A stretch of 64,000 bases of DNA from an uncultured Hyphomicrobiales bacterium (GCA_964544155.1 CAZJAH010000008.1:3674-67673); one strand, 5' to 3'; counted from the stretch's first letter, positions 1 to 10,322 are shown. Translations and numbers: made by a program. Notes: generated by a model from the letters alone, not told the origin.

Positions 1-731
1 CTGAACAAAGCGCCGCGCAGGTCTTTCAACCGGGTGAAGAACTTGAATATGAAGTATCATTTCTTGGAATTAAGCTCGGAAAAATCAGGGTTGTCAGCAT
101 TGCGGCGGAAGATCTTGAAGGGAATATAGTTTACCACGCTAAAGCCTTTATGGAATCATACAGAGGTATTCCATTTGTTGATCTGAATGCTACGTTCGAA
201 AGCTGGATGGATAAATCACTTTCATACTCCCACAAATTCACCGGAAATATGAAGCTCGATGATGACAAGTGGCAATACACTCAGATGCTATTCCATTATG
301 ATAAGAATGAAATTGAGCTGAAGCGCTGGATAAATAAAGAACCAAGCTTCGAAAAAGATATCAAAACCGAAAAAAAAGTGAATGACGGCTGCTCGCTATT
401 TTTTCTCGCGAGACAGTTCACTCATTTGAAAAAATCAGTGACTATACCGACTATAATAGAACACAGCGTTGTTTCTACAAAGATAAATTTCCACGGCAAA
501 GAGGAAAGCGTAGATATAGATGCTGTCAATTATCCCGTCAGCGCGGTTTACTTTGACGGTAAAGCAGAATGGGAAGGTGTTTACGGACTTACTGGTAAGT
601 TTGAAGGCTGGTTTAGTGACGATAATGCAAGCGTTCCGATAAAAGCTGAAATGAACGTATATATCGGCAAAGTACTTATAGAATTAGTCAGATGGAAGCG
701 TGAAGGCTGGGTGCCACCGCGAGCCAGTTGA
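1..731 (+). CDS. hypothetical protein, 5'-partial (possibly DUF3108-like)
   Basis: The frame of ORF 150..731 stays open back to position 3 with no stop, so the gene enters the window truncated. The motif YEVSFLGIKLGKIRV resembles DUF3108 proteins. A hairpin terminator follows the stop. Confidence 0.5.
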   Translation, partial: EQSAAQVFQPGEELEYEVSFLGIKLGKIRVVSIAAEDLEGNIVYHAKAFMESYRGIPFVDLNATFESWMDKSLSYSHKFTGNMKLDDDKWQYTQMLFHYDKNEIELKRWINKEPSFEKDIKTEKKVNDGCSLFFLARQFTHLKKSVTIPTIIEHSVVSTKINFHGKEESVDIDAVNYPVSAVYFDGKAEWEGVYGLTGKFEGWFSDDNASVPIKAEMNVYIGKVLIELVRWKREGWVPPRAS

Positions 732-779
732 TTAAAAGTTAAATCCTTGATCTCTTAAAAAGGTTAAAAAAAAGAAATT

Positions 780-806
780 AGCCCTGATCATCAGGGCTTT
801 TTATTT
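780..806 (+). terminator. rho-independent terminator (agccctgatcatcagggct + T-run)
   Basis: Perfect 8-bp stem with a 3-nt loop followed by TTTTTATTT, read directly from the sequence. Confidence 0.7.
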
Positions 807-910
807 ACTAAAATTAATTTTAATATTCAATCCCTTGGCATAATATTTGAAGATTAACAGGCGAATGATAAAATTATATTTTTGAGACATATTAGCACGG
901 AATCCTATTA

Positions 911-1858
911 ATGGCAAAGCAGAATGAATTTACCATAATCGGAATTGATGGCGGCGGAACTCATACCAGAGGAGTCCTCAATAGAAACGGGAAAATAATA
1001 GCGGAAGCAAAATCAGGTACAACAAGAATAGGCGCAGTTGGCGTCGGTGAATCATGCGAACGCACACTCAACGTAATTATAGAGCTATGCAGGAAAGCAG
1101 AAATCGAAACATCAGAACTCGACGCAGTGATAATCGGGCTGGCCGGTGTCTGGCTTGATGAAGAGAAAAAGCGCTCGCAGACTCTTATCAAAACACTTGC
1201 GAGAGGCCAGGACATTACCCTTAGCGACCTAATAGTCACAAGCGATGCTGAACTGGCAGTTGAAGGCGCCTTTGGCGGAGGCCAGGGAATAATCACTATT
1301 GTCGGTACCGGATCTATAGCCCTTGGGAAGATTAAAAATAATAAACTTGTCCGCTGCGGCGGCTGGGGCATAGAACTTGATGACGAAGGAAGCGGTGCCT
1401 GGATAGGACGCGAAGGCCTTACTGCGGCAGTCAGAGCACTGGACGGCAGAGGCAAACCTACAAAAATGACCGAAATACTCGACGGGCTTATACCCACTAT
1501 AGATATAAGATATCCAAGAACTATTGTGAAAGCTTATGCCGAAAGGGCATTCCAGTACCACATGCTTACACCTTCGGTAATGAAATGCGCGGTAGAAGGT
1601 GACCAGATTTGCCTTGATATTATCCAAAGGTCCGCGGATCACCTTCTGGAACTGCCTCTCGCTCTAAAGGACAAATTCGATAAGCAGCCGGTAAAAGTAG
1701 CCCTAATGGGCGGGATCATTGACGCGGATACTCTGCTCGCCGGAATGCTAAAAGAAAAGATTGAATCCAATGAAGATCTGAAACTTGTGGAACCCAAAGG
1801 CACCGCCCTCGACGGAGCTATCTCAATGGGCAGAAAACTTATTGATGAAATGGCTTAA
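911..1858 (+). CDS. BadF/BadG/BcrA/BcrD-type ATPase (N-acetylglucosamine kinase family)
   Basis: N-terminal FTIIGIDGGGTHTRGVL phosphate-1 motif of the ASKHA/ROK-like BadF family. The 315-aa size fits. Confidence 0.7.
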   Translation: MAKQNEFTIIGIDGGGTHTRGVLNRNGKIIAEAKSGTTRIGAVGVGESCERTLNVIIELCRKAEIETSELDAVIIGLAGVWLDEEKKRSQTLIKTLARGQDITLSDLIVTSDAELAVEGAFGGGQGIITIVGTGSIALGKIKNNKLVRCGGWGIELDDEGSGAWIGREGLTAAVRALDGRGKPTKMTEILDGLIPTIDIRYPRTIVKAYAERAFQYHMLTPSVMKCAVEGDQICLDIIQRSADHLLELPLALKDKFDKQPVKVALMGGIIDADTLLAGMLKEKIESNEDLKLVEPKGTALDGAISMGRKLIDEMA

Positions 1859-1924
1859 TGCCCGGGACGGCAAAGGCCTTATCTGCCAGCAACTTATCCG
1901 CCTGACCTAGACCATAAACAAAAA

Positions 1925-1953
1925 AGCTGTTCCATTAGGGAACAGCTTTTTTA
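1925..1953. terminator. bidirectional hairpin terminator (agctgttccattagggaacagct) between convergent genes
   Basis: 9-bp stem flanked by an A-run upstream and a T-run downstream. Confidence 0.6.
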
Positions 1954-1995
1954 ACTCTTCGCTACCGGCGGATTTCACCGAAAATAATTATATAA

Positions 1996-3366
1996 CTAAA
2001 CGTAGTCGAAGCGGGCAGTAAAGTGCCGCAGGAAAGGAGCCTGCCAGGTTATCTTCATGCCTCTAAGGGATTCGCGTTTTTTAAATACTTCTATAATAGC
2101 TTCGGCCGTGTATTCTATGTGGCTCTTTGTATAAACTCTTCGGGGTATTGCGAACCTGACAAGGTCCATTGGCGGCGCCATGAACTGCCCGTCCTCTGTT
2201 TCCTTGCCGAACATAACCGAGCCGATTTCCACAGTTCTCACGCCGGATATCTTGTAAATTTCACAAACAATTGACTGCCCCGGGAAGTACCTGGCTTCAA
2301 TATGCGGCGCGAAGGCCTTCGCATCCAGATAAACGCCGTGGCCGCCTGTCGGCCTTAAGATAGGTACACCGGCATCAATAAGCATATCGCCCAGATATTT
2401 TACCTGTCCGGTGCGGTAGGCGAGATAGTTTTCATCCAGCACTTCCTTGAATCCTTCTGCCAGGGCTTCGAGGTCGCGCCTTGCAAGCCCGCCGTAAGTA
2501 ATAAAGCCTTCTGTAATAATTAGCACTGTACGTGCTTTTTCAGCCAGAGTGTCATCATTTGTGCCGATAAATCCGCCTGTATTCGAAAGGCCGTCTTTTT
2601 TGGCGCTCATGGTGCAGCCATCCGCATAGGAAAACATCTCCTTAACGATTTCTTTAATTGATTTTTCAGCGTAGCCTTCTTCTCTCTGCTTAATGAAAAA
2701 CGCGTTTTCCGCAAAACGGCAGCAATCGAGATAAAGCGGTATATTGTATTTATTGAGAAGTTCGCGAGTTTCCCTTATATTTTGCATGGATACCGGCTGG
2801 CCGCCGCCGCTGTTGTTCGTAACAGTCAGCATGCACACCGGAATATTTTCCGCGCCTCTATCCTCGATTAATTTTTTTAATTTATCAAGATCGATATTTC
2901 CTTTAAAAGGAGCTTCCAATTCCGGTTTTGTACCTATTTCTGTGGGCAAATCGACAGCGTCCGCTTCCGAATACTCCAGATTCCCCCTAGTAGTATCGAA
3001 ATGAGTATTGTTAGGAACGGTCTTTCCTTTTGTGTCCATTACCTGAAATAAAATCCTCTCTGCTGCACGCCCCTGATGAGTCGGAATAATATGTTTAAAT
3101 CCGGTAATATCCTGAAGGATTTTTTCAAATTTATAATAACTTTTCGAACCCGCGTAGGATTCGTCACCATCCATTAATTCTGCCCATTGCCTCGAACTCA
3201 TTGCGGTAGTGCCGCTATCTGTGAGCATATCTATAGTAATATGCTCCGACCTGAGATAAAAGGTATTAAGGTAAGCGTCATTCAGGTACTTTTCTCTTTC
3301 TTCTTTTGTTGTTATCGGTATATGCTCTACTGATTTGATCTTGAATGGTTCAATAACAGTCTTCAT
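1996..3366 (-). CDS. tnaA: tryptophanase / tyrosine phenol-lyase family beta-eliminating lyase (PLP-dependent)
   Basis: 456 aa, colinear along the whole length with E. coli TnaA (DSGTxAMS, SMSAKKD PLP-lysine region, C-terminal HFTAR). TPL cannot be separated from TnaA by eye. Confidence 0.85.
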   Translation of the reverse strand: MKTVIEPFKIKSVEHIPITTKEEREKYLNDAYLNTFYLRSEHITIDMLTDSGTTAMSSRQWAELMDGDESYAGSKSYYKFEKILQDITGFKHIIPTHQGRAAERILFQVMDTKGKTVPNNTHFDTTRGNLEYSEADAVDLPTEIGTKPELEAPFKGNIDLDKLKKLIEDRGAENIPVCMLTVTNNSGGGQPVSMQNIRETRELLNKYNIPLYLDCCRFAENAFFIKQREEGYAEKSIKEIVKEMFSYADGCTMSAKKDGLSNTGGFIGTNDDTLAEKARTVLIITEGFITYGGLARRDLEALAEGFKEVLDENYLAYRTGQVKYLGDMLIDAGVPILRPTGGHGVYLDAKAFAPHIEARYFPGQSIVCEIYKISGVRTVEIGSVMFGKETEDGQFMAPPMDLVRFAIPRRVYTKSHIEYTAEAIIEVFKKRESLRGMKITWQAPFLRHFTARFDYV

Positions 3367-3477
3367 AACAAAAACATTCGCCCTTTAGTGAATAAGCTTT
3401 AATCTAAGCATTATAAAAATCATAAGGTTGCAACTTAACAAATTTTCGGTTAATATACGATTAAAATTATCGGTATA

Positions 3478-5100
3478 TTACTCCGAGTCAAACTCCAGGC
3501 CGAAGATCTGCGGCAGTTCGAACACATGGTTTTTGAAGAATGAGAATAGCCAGTCTGAGGATAAAATTACCTCTCCGAATTTATTCTCTTCAAAATTATA
3601 AGCAAGGTCAATCCTGAATACACTCCCCGGGCCGGAGGATTTCATATTGTGCAGCTGCAAGCCTATACCCGCGGATTTTTTTAAAGGAGCTGCGATAAGG
3701 TCGGTATCCTGGTTCCAGACTGCACCTGCATCGACAAATACAGAGCCTGATACATTAATTATCCAGAATTCCAGGTCGGGGAAGAACCTAAGTTCCAAGT
3801 TGCTGATAAGCCTGTTATCGCCCACATATTCGTTCAGCCTGTATCCTCTAATGCCATAGTCGGTATCCAGTATGAGCTGGCGGAGTCCGTCCCAGTTCCA
3901 GACATTCTGATGCCTCACCCTGGCACCCAGCACCAAGGATTCACTCAGGCGGTAAAAGCCGTGCCCCAGAATTTCAAAGTAAGTGTTTTTGGCCCTGTTC
4001 CGGCTGAAAGCGCTTGCTCCGGTAAGCTGTCCGAATAGATAAAGTTCGTCGGTATAATATGACTGCTCGCCCCGCCCGCCTACATAAAAAAGGCTTTCAC
4101 CGCCTGAGCCAATGGGAATCCCCCTGCCGATAACGGCCTGCCCCCAGCCGCCGATGACGAGATCTTCAGTCAGGTAAGAATTCACTTTATCTACTGTATA
4201 GAATTCCCTTGCTATTGAACCGAACCCCGCGAGCACGCTGCCTGTATTATCATAAGCGCGGCTAAATTCTTCCGATGGGCGTTCCACATCCTGCCATTCT
4301 ACTAACCCTGTAATAAAAACTCTGTCCTTGCGCCACCAGGCATTTGAAAACCAGCCTTTTGCCCTTTTCTCGTGGAAACCCAAAAGGCGGAGGCTGTCCC
4401 CGCGGTAGAGGAAATCACTTCCGAAATTATTGATTACTTCCGCGCCGTAAGCCGTATTAGTCGATAAAGTGCGATAGGGCTTTTCCAGCCTGAATGTATC
4501 AAGTGTTTTAAATTTATTAGCGATAATATTTGTAAAAAACGTGAACTCCGAGCGGAATATCCGCCTGTGGTTGTAGTAAAATTGCCCCTGCCAGCCAATG
4601 TCATTTTCGGAGCGGTGCAGGGCCTCTACAAATATATCCGCGCCCAGGCCCAAAAAGTTCTTTTCGTTGAGCCTGCCGCCGTACCTCGTATAGCCGCCGC
4701 CAGTGCCGAAAAGCGGGTAGGGATATAGAGACCACTTATCTTCGGTGACCACGTAAACGTCATAAGTTGTATGGTCGATCGAATCCAGCTCTATTCCGGC
4801 ATCTGTAAACAGCCCGGTAGCGCGGAGATTGCGCTCTGTTTCCGAGAGAAGCCTTTCGTCCAGAAGCTCGCCTTCTTTAAAGAGCAGTTCATCCGATATG
4901 ACAAAGGGTTTTGTGGTAACGTGCAGGGCGTTAAGAAGCGGCGCCGCGAAGAACCAGTCATCCGTGCCTTTTTCGAAAACCGGGCGGTTATCTATATAGA
5001 TATTCCCTATGTAGTAATCATACTGCCCGTATGCCGGTAAAAACGCCGTAAAGATAAATAATATAATAAACTTGCGGATAAGCATAAGTTTTAAATTCAA
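3478..5100 (-). CDS. Omp85/BamA-TamA family outer-membrane protein (single POTRA + beta-barrel)
   Basis: Signal peptide, then a POTRA-like segment (LRATGLFTDAGIELDSIDHTTYDVYVVTE), then a long aromatic-rich alternating beta-strand region. Confidence 0.5.
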   Translation of the reverse strand: MNLKLMLIRKFIILFIFTAFLPAYGQYDYYIGNIYIDNRPVFEKGTDDWFFAAPLLNALHVTTKPFVISDELLFKEGELLDERLLSETERNLRATGLFTDAGIELDSIDHTTYDVYVVTEDKWSLYPYPLFGTGGGYTRYGGRLNEKNFLGLGADIFVEALHRSENDIGWQGQFYYNHRRIFRSEFTFFTNIIANKFKTLDTFRLEKPYRTLSTNTAYGAEVINNFGSDFLYRGDSLRLLGFHEKRAKGWFSNAWWRKDRVFITGLVEWQDVERPSEEFSRAYDNTGSVLAGFGSIAREFYTVDKVNSYLTEDLVIGGWGQAVIGRGIPIGSGGESLFYVGGRGEQSYYTDELYLFGQLTGASAFSRNRAKNTYFEILGHGFYRLSESLVLGARVRHQNVWNWDGLRQLILDTDYGIRGYRLNEYVGDNRLISNLELRFFPDLEFWIINVSGSVFVDAGAVWNQDTDLIAAPLKKSAGIGLQLHNMKSSGPGSVFRIDLAYNFEENKFGEVILSSDWLFSFFKNHVFELPQIFGLEFDSE

Positions 5101-5483
5101 TTTGAGAATAAAAAATCCAAATTAACAAAAATTGTGCGATTTTAGGATTATTTGAATGAATCATTTGGATATTCTTGCCATCAGATTTTGATTAAACTCC
5201 TTCGGCATCTCTTTTGGCATGTTTTTTCCACAGAAAATCCGCTTGACCTTGATTGTAGTGAAGTTCACTACTATATTTCGAAATCGAAACTACCATCAAA
5301 CCCGAGGATCTTTCTATTTCAGTTAGCTGAATATCAGATAATAAAGCACTTTCTACTTCATTTAAGTAACTAATATGTCAATGCAATAATTATTAATTCA
5401 TAGATAAAATGCAACAATAAAGTGAAAATTTTACAATAATGTATAGTTTTTTAATTAATTTAATTCTATCTGATTGTTATATT

Positions 5484-7142
5484 TTATTTTCCGATAGCAA
5501 TGACCTCTTTGATCACTTCAATCTTATCGCTTGCGCTATCGATTGCTTCCATATAAAGCACATAGCCGCCCGGCTGCAGGGGATAGCCCTCATCGTTCCT
5601 GCCGTCCCATACTATCTCCGCGGTAGATGAGAAGAGCTCGAAATTCACCAGCTCGCGAACTCTCGCGCCCCCCAGATTGAATACATACGCTGTGATATTC
5701 GCCCTCGCGAAAGGCATTTCCCAGCGTATCACACAGAACTGCTCCTTGCCGCTGCTATAAGGTGAAAAAGGGTTGGGTTCGATTACCAGCTTACCCGACG
5801 AAGGGCGCTCAATCGAAATACTATTAATCCCTGCCGGCGTGCCGCCCTTTTCAGCAATAGATGTTGACCAGTAGCTTTCGCCTGATACACTTCCCGCGAG
5901 TACTTTTTCCAGGCTCAGGCCCTTTGTATCCGGTAAGTTATCATCATGCCATGAATTTTCATATTCCAGAGAATCGATAGTATTGCCGTAAGGATCGCGG
6001 ATAATGATTATATCGCCTGAATTATTCAGGCTTATACTTTTATCCGGGATAAATACATTGGCTGAATCCATCAGCTCAGGAAAAGCTTCGTAGATGCTTT
6101 CATCCATAGCTATCAGAAAATATGCTCCGGGGGGAATCTGATTTGCCTGATCGATAACAATGCCTTCTTCATCAAGGGCAGCTTCGTCATGCACGGACCA
6201 CCCGGCAAAACTGACCGGCTTTGCGGAATAATTGATAATCTCGATATATTCCGGGCAGGGATCTGCCGGGTCGTACATAATTTCATTGATGAACGCGCTG
6301 TATCCTCGCGGCAGGTAGAAAGTATCCAGCAGGGAATTATTCCCGGACTTAATGTCATTTTCGTGCGAGGCCGTGCAAAGAACAGGGTAGAGGCGATACT
6401 CCGGAAGGCCTGAAAATTCATCAATATGCAGAGAAAATTCCGCTACACCTTCTTCGAAATCAATGGCATTTTCGTAAATCAACTCATTTTCTGAAAATTC
6501 CCCGTTTCCGTCAATATCCGTGAAAACCTGCGCTTCTGCTCCGCCTTCTATCATTTTATCCGTATTCACAAAGCGGAAGTATATTATTTTTGCTTTTATA
6601 TAAATGCTATCGGCGGCTATGTCATATTCGGGTTCCGTCCTGCTGTTTATCGCGCCGGGTGTAGCGCCCGCGGCGTCAATGCTGGTCAAAAGATTGCCAT
6701 CTTCATAAGCCGGCCTGGCGGGGTCAATCCTTTCGAAAGATGAGCCCTTTTTACCATTTTTCATATCATAATAGAGTGAATCCGCTAATTCAGCATTAAT
6801 ATAAAGCACTGCTTCATCTGTGGTATTATTAAGTGCGGGCAGGGAGGCTTCGAGGATAATTCCTTCAGGCACTTCGGGCCATGCCGAAGTGAACTCCTCC
6901 GGGTCCTTAGTCAATATCAGGTAGCCACCGGCATCTATCTCAAGCGCCGGCAGAGAGGTTGTGCTTTTAGCGTCGCGAAATTCGGCCTTAGAGATACTGA
7001 TCGAATTAGCTGAATTGTTATAAAGCTCAACCCATTCCGGCCCGTTTTGGGGGGCGGGCATGAGTTCATTAATGACTATCTGAGCAGCCGCTGTTTCATA
7101 TATCAGAGCTGATATCAGCAGGCATTTTATTATAAAATTCAT
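5484..7142 (-). CDS. secreted protein with two lamin-tail (LTD) domains and a T9SS C-terminal sorting domain
   Basis: IVINELMPAPQNGPEWVELYN and AFINEIMYDPADPCPEYIEIINY are LTD signatures. The C-terminal WDGRNDEGYPLQPGGYVLYMEA...IAIGK looks like a Por secretion tail. Start re-called to MNFII (signal peptide); the longest ORF reaches 7190 and would overlap msrC. Confidence 0.6.
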   Translation of the reverse strand: MNFIIKCLLISALIYETAAAQIVINELMPAPQNGPEWVELYNNSANSISISKAEFRDAKSTTSLPALEIDAGGYLILTKDPEEFTSAWPEVPEGIILEASLPALNNTTDEAVLYINAELADSLYYDMKNGKKGSSFERIDPARPAYEDGNLLTSIDAAGATPGAINSRTEPEYDIAADSIYIKAKIIYFRFVNTDKMIEGGAEAQVFTDIDGNGEFSENELIYENAIDFEEGVAEFSLHIDEFSGLPEYRLYPVLCTASHENDIKSGNNSLLDTFYLPRGYSAFINEIMYDPADPCPEYIEIINYSAKPVSFAGWSVHDEAALDEEGIVIDQANQIPPGAYFLIAMDESIYEAFPELMDSANVFIPDKSISLNNSGDIIIIRDPYGNTIDSLEYENSWHDDNLPDTKGLSLEKVLAGSVSGESYWSTSIAEKGGTPAGINSISIERPSSGKLVIEPNPFSPYSSGKEQFCVIRWEMPFARANITAYVFNLGGARVRELVNFELFSSTAEIVWDGRNDEGYPLQPGGYVLYMEAIDSASDKIEVIKEVIAIGK

Positions 7143-7596
7143 GAACAGCCTCCATATCGGATGAATTGACAAGCATTTTCGCGAGCTCATCGAGGTTCTT
7201 CATATCATTGAATGAAAACCTGGACTTAACGGGACTGTCTATATCCAGCACCCCGTAGAGCTTATCGTTTTTTATCAAAGGGATAACGATTTCGGATTCG
7301 GAAGCTTCATCACAGGCAATATGCCCGGGAAATTCATGCACATCATCAACAACCAGTGTCTTTCTCTTATTCGCCGCGCTGCCGCATACACCTTTGCCCA
7401 TATCAATCCTTATGCAGGCCGGTTTACCGCAGAAAGGCCCCAACAGGAGGCTCTCGCCGGCAATCATGTAAAAACCAACCCAGTTTATCCTGTCCATCTT
7501 TTCGAATAAGAGCGCCGCGAAGTTCGAAGAATTTGTGATAAAGTTAGTTTCGGGTTCAAGCAGGCCCTTCAGGCTGCTCTTTATATCTTCGTACAT
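7096..7596 (-). CDS. msrC: free methionine-(R)-sulfoxide reductase (GAF-domain, fRMsr/YebR family)
   Basis: Near-colinear with E. coli YebR: NWVGFY...LGPFCGKPACIRI..GKGVCG...DDVHEFPGHIACDEASESEIVIPL...GVLDIDSP, with the three conserved Cys. Confidence 0.85.
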   Translation of the reverse strand: MYEDIKSSLKGLLEPETNFITNSSNFAALLFEKMDRINWVGFYMIAGESLLLGPFCGKPACIRIDMGKGVCGSAANKRKTLVVDDVHEFPGHIACDEASESEIVIPLIKNDKLYGVLDIDSPVKSRFSFNDMKNLDELAKMLVNSSDMEAVHEFYNKMPADISSDI

Positions 7597-7749
7597 TTTT
7601 TTTCGTTTAAATAATTAAATATAATAGCATGATTTTCTTCAAATTTAAATAATCCTAATGAAAATACATTCCTTATTCATACTTTTTATTAGTTTTGTTA
7701 TTCTTTTTGAAATAATTGATACAAGCTGACATAATTGATATAAACTGAA

Positions 7750-8427
7750 ATGACTGATATAAACCATATAGAATTTACGGGCACATTCGACTGTGCCATT
7801 TGCCTGAATGCCGACCTGCCGGCAAGGAATTTTTTCCGCTATCTGGAAGGTATTCCAATTCTTGCCGCTGACGGCGCCGGGATACGTCTTTTAGCCGAAG
7901 GGCTCAAAGCGGATTACGTCGTGGGCGACCTTGATTCGTTTTTTGCTTATGATAGTTTTAGAGAATATGATGATGATAAGATCATCCACCTGCCCGACCA
8001 GGAAATGAATGATTTTGAAAAAACTCTATTATTCGCTGAAACAAAGGGCTACCGCAAGGCTCTTATACTGGGTATGCATGGCGGCGAGCTTGAGCACAGC
8101 CTGAATAACTGGAGCGTTTTTAAAAGATATGCCAAAAGGATGGAACTCTGCATTTATGATAAAACCCGCTTCGGCATATTGATAAACAAAGGCGTGAAGC
8201 TTAGTTCATCCCCCGGGGAGATAATATCGATAATTCCACAGCCGGAAATACTGCTCAGCACTGAAAATCTCCGCTGGGAACTTAAGAATGAATGCCTGCG
8301 CTTCGGCCAGCGTGAAGGCGCCCGGAATAAGTCCATTGGCAGCGAGATCAGCATCAAAGTACATTCCGGCGAAGCCATGCTATTCTTCGACTCCCGTATG
8401 CCCTTCGCCCCCGTAATCAAAGGGTAG
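7750..8427 (+). CDS. thiamine diphosphokinase (TPK/ThiN family)
   Basis: VVGDLDSF catalytic motif, DQEMNDFEKTL, and GMHGGELEHSLNN (the TPK GxxGGRxDHxLxN box). Confidence 0.7.
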   Translation: MTDINHIEFTGTFDCAICLNADLPARNFFRYLEGIPILAADGAGIRLLAEGLKADYVVGDLDSFFAYDSFREYDDDKIIHLPDQEMNDFEKTLLFAETKGYRKALILGMHGGELEHSLNNWSVFKRYAKRMELCIYDKTRFGILINKGVKLSSSPGEIISIIPQPEILLSTENLRWELKNECLRFGQREGARNKSIGSEISIKVHSGEAMLFFDSRMPFAPVIKG

Positions 8428-8434
8428 GGGTAGC

Positions 8435-9649
8435 CTACCCCCCTTCATTTAGTTCGTAGTCGGCGATTTTGCGGTAGAGGGTTCTTTCGCTGATGCCGAG
8501 CTCGTGGGCGGCGTGGCGGCGGTTGCCGTTATATTTTTTTAATGCTGCTTCGATCAATTTCTTTTCCATTTCGGCAAGGTCAAGATTATGGTTGTATATG
8601 CTATCTTCATTATGCCTTATTTCCTCAGTGGTTTGGATGCGTATTCTTTCGGTCGATTCGCGGATATCGTCCATCTGGCTGTACAGGTGTGCTATCGAGC
8701 GCTTTACGTCTCCGATGTCATTCTTTATTTCCAGCAGTGTGCGGAATATAAGCCCTGGTTCGAGCTGGCTTTCATCGCCATCGCCCCGGTCACGGAAGAT
8801 AAGGGATTTTTCTCTGTCCATATCCTTTGCTACGTAGGCGGGCAAAGCGCGCGGTATGTACTTGCTAATTAACTCAGGAGTGATGTAATCCGCTTTTTCA
8901 AGCGTGATCACGGTTTCGATCATATTTCTCAGTTCGCGTACATTGCCCTTCCAGTGTAGGCTCTTGAGTATATTCTGGGCGTCTTCCGAGATACCCTTAA
9001 AATCAATGGCCAACTTCTGTGATGTCCTTTCCGCGAAAAAATCAGCCAGCAGAGGTATATCATCGGGGTGCTCGCGCAGGGCGGGGAGTTCCAGGTGAAC
9101 GGACTTAAGCCTGTAATAAAGGTCCTGCCTGAATTCTCCTTCCATTACATGCTGCTCCAGCTTCCTGTTCGTGGCGGCAATTACTCTTACATCCACCTTA
9201 CGTACCTGTGATGAACCGAGCCTGGAATATTCACCTGATTCCAGCACTCTAAGCAGTTTTACCTGGGTATTAACGGGCATTTCGCCTATTTCATCGAGGA
9301 AAATTGTGCCTGTGTTAGCTGCTTCAAAAAATCCTTCCCGCAGTGAATCGGCCCCGGTGAAAGCGCCCTTCTCATGTCCGAAAAGCTCGGATTCGAGCAG
9401 GTTTTCGGGGATAGCGCCGCAATTTACGCTTACGAAGGGGTTTTTCCGCCTTTTGCTCATCCCGTGTATGGCATTGGCAAATACCTCTTTGCCCGTACCG
9501 GTTTCCCCGGTTATAAGTACTGTCAGGTCGGTAGGCGCGGCCTGCAAAAGAGTTTTTATCAACTCTCTCATTTTATGCGACCTGCCGACTATGCCATAGC
9601 GTATTTTCAGCAGCTCAAAAAAGTCATTATCGGATATATTCTGGTCCAT
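8435..9649 (-). CDS. sigma-54-dependent transcriptional activator (AAA+ EBP with Fis-type HTH; no N-terminal sensory domain, PspF-like)
   Basis: Walker A GETGTGKE, ESELFGHEKGAFTGA (the GAFTGA sigma-54 contact motif), and C-terminal AAHELGISERTLYRKI HTH. The AAA+ domain begins at residue 25 or so. Confidence 0.9.
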   Translation of the reverse strand: MDQNISDNDFFELLKIRYGIVGRSHKMRELIKTLLQAAPTDLTVLITGETGTGKEVFANAIHGMSKRRKNPFVSVNCGAIPENLLESELFGHEKGAFTGADSLREGFFEAANTGTIFLDEIGEMPVNTQVKLLRVLESGEYSRLGSSQVRKVDVRVIAATNRKLEQHVMEGEFRQDLYYRLKSVHLELPALREHPDDIPLLADFFAERTSQKLAIDFKGISEDAQNILKSLHWKGNVRELRNMIETVITLEKADYITPELISKYIPRALPAYVAKDMDREKSLIFRDRGDGDESQLEPGLIFRTLLEIKNDIGDVKRSIAHLYSQMDDIRESTERIRIQTTEEIRHNEDSIYNHNLDLAEMEKKLIEAALKKYNGNRRHAAHELGISERTLYRKIADYELNEGG

Positions 9650-9658
9650 AGGCCTAAA

Positions 9659-10321
9659 TCAGGATTCTTTTTTCTTGATCCATTCTTCCCAGCCGCCGCT
9701 GTAAATGAACACCTTATCAAAACCTCTTGCCTGCATGATCAGGTCGGCCAGCTTATGGCTGGAATCGCAAGTGCCGCCGTCGCAATATATCACAATGGTT
9801 TTATTATCAGGCAGCTCAAATATCTTCGGCATTATTTCATGCTCATCGTCATAAGGGAATATATTTATCGCGTCGCCGATTTTATCTTTCGCGTACTGGT
9901 CCGGATGGCGAGCGTCAATAATAACAAAGTTAGGGTTGCCGGTTATCTTTAGCATCTGCTCAAAGGTCACTGTCTGCTCTTGAGGGTCGGCTAACTGCCC
10001 GGCAGGTTTTTGCTCCGGTTCCGGATCAATATCTGCTTCTTCAGTGCTTTTTTCATTCGGCTTTGAGGTATCCACTTTGCTTATGTCTTCAGTTGTTGTA
10101 TCCTGTTTTGCTAACTCTTCCCATTGCGCAACCGTGTCTTCTCCGGCATCACTTACAGGAGACGCAGTATCGGTGCCTTCATCGAACAGCAGGCTGTCCG
10201 GTATTGCCGCTACCTCCTTTTTGCCGGTTAGTGGCATTTTATGAACAAAGAAATTGTAAGCAAAAGCGAGTACAACCGCAAACGCTACAATAACTGATAT
10301 TTCTTTTATAAGTTTTTTCAT
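9659..10321 (-). CDS. membrane-anchored rhodanese-domain protein with long acidic linker
   Basis: N-terminal TM helix, D/E/T-rich linker, and a C-terminal rhodanese fold (IIDARHPDQY...IVIYCDGGTCDSS...GGWEEW). The active-site loop CDGGTCD is atypical: no Arg. Confidence 0.7.
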   Translation of the reverse strand: MKKLIKEISVIVAFAVVLAFAYNFFVHKMPLTGKKEVAAIPDSLLFDEGTDTASPVSDAGEDTVAQWEELAKQDTTTEDISKVDTSKPNEKSTEEADIDPEPEQKPAGQLADPQEQTVTFEQMLKITGNPNFVIIDARHPDQYAKDKIGDAINIFPYDDEHEIMPKIFELPDNKTIVIYCDGGTCDSSHKLADLIMQARGFDKVFIYSGGWEEWIKKKES

Positions 10322-10322
10322 G

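Noticed and set aside
961-1642. ORFs 961..1497 and 1229..1642 on the minus strand (178 and 137 aa) and many similar 60-140 aa ORFs (e.g. 8493..8837, 9374..9952, 31129..31845, 40681..41040, 45123..45551)
   Set aside because: They lie entirely antisense or out of frame inside well-supported genes. They have low-complexity composition (S/P/A-rich) typical of shadow ORFs in the opposite strand of coding DNA, with no RBS or homology.
3367-3477. Leader peptide or attenuator (tnaC-like) upstream of the tryptophanase gene
   Set aside because: Only a 6-codon uORF (MIFIML) without Trp codons and no paired terminator/antiterminator structure. No support for a tnaC-type mechanism.
8425-8445. Hairpin (ggggtagcctacccc) overlapping the convergent stops of the TPK and sigma-54 activator genes as a bidirectional terminator
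   Set aside because: The loop is too short if full pairing is assumed, and no U-tract follows on either strand. It is noted but not listed as a terminator.
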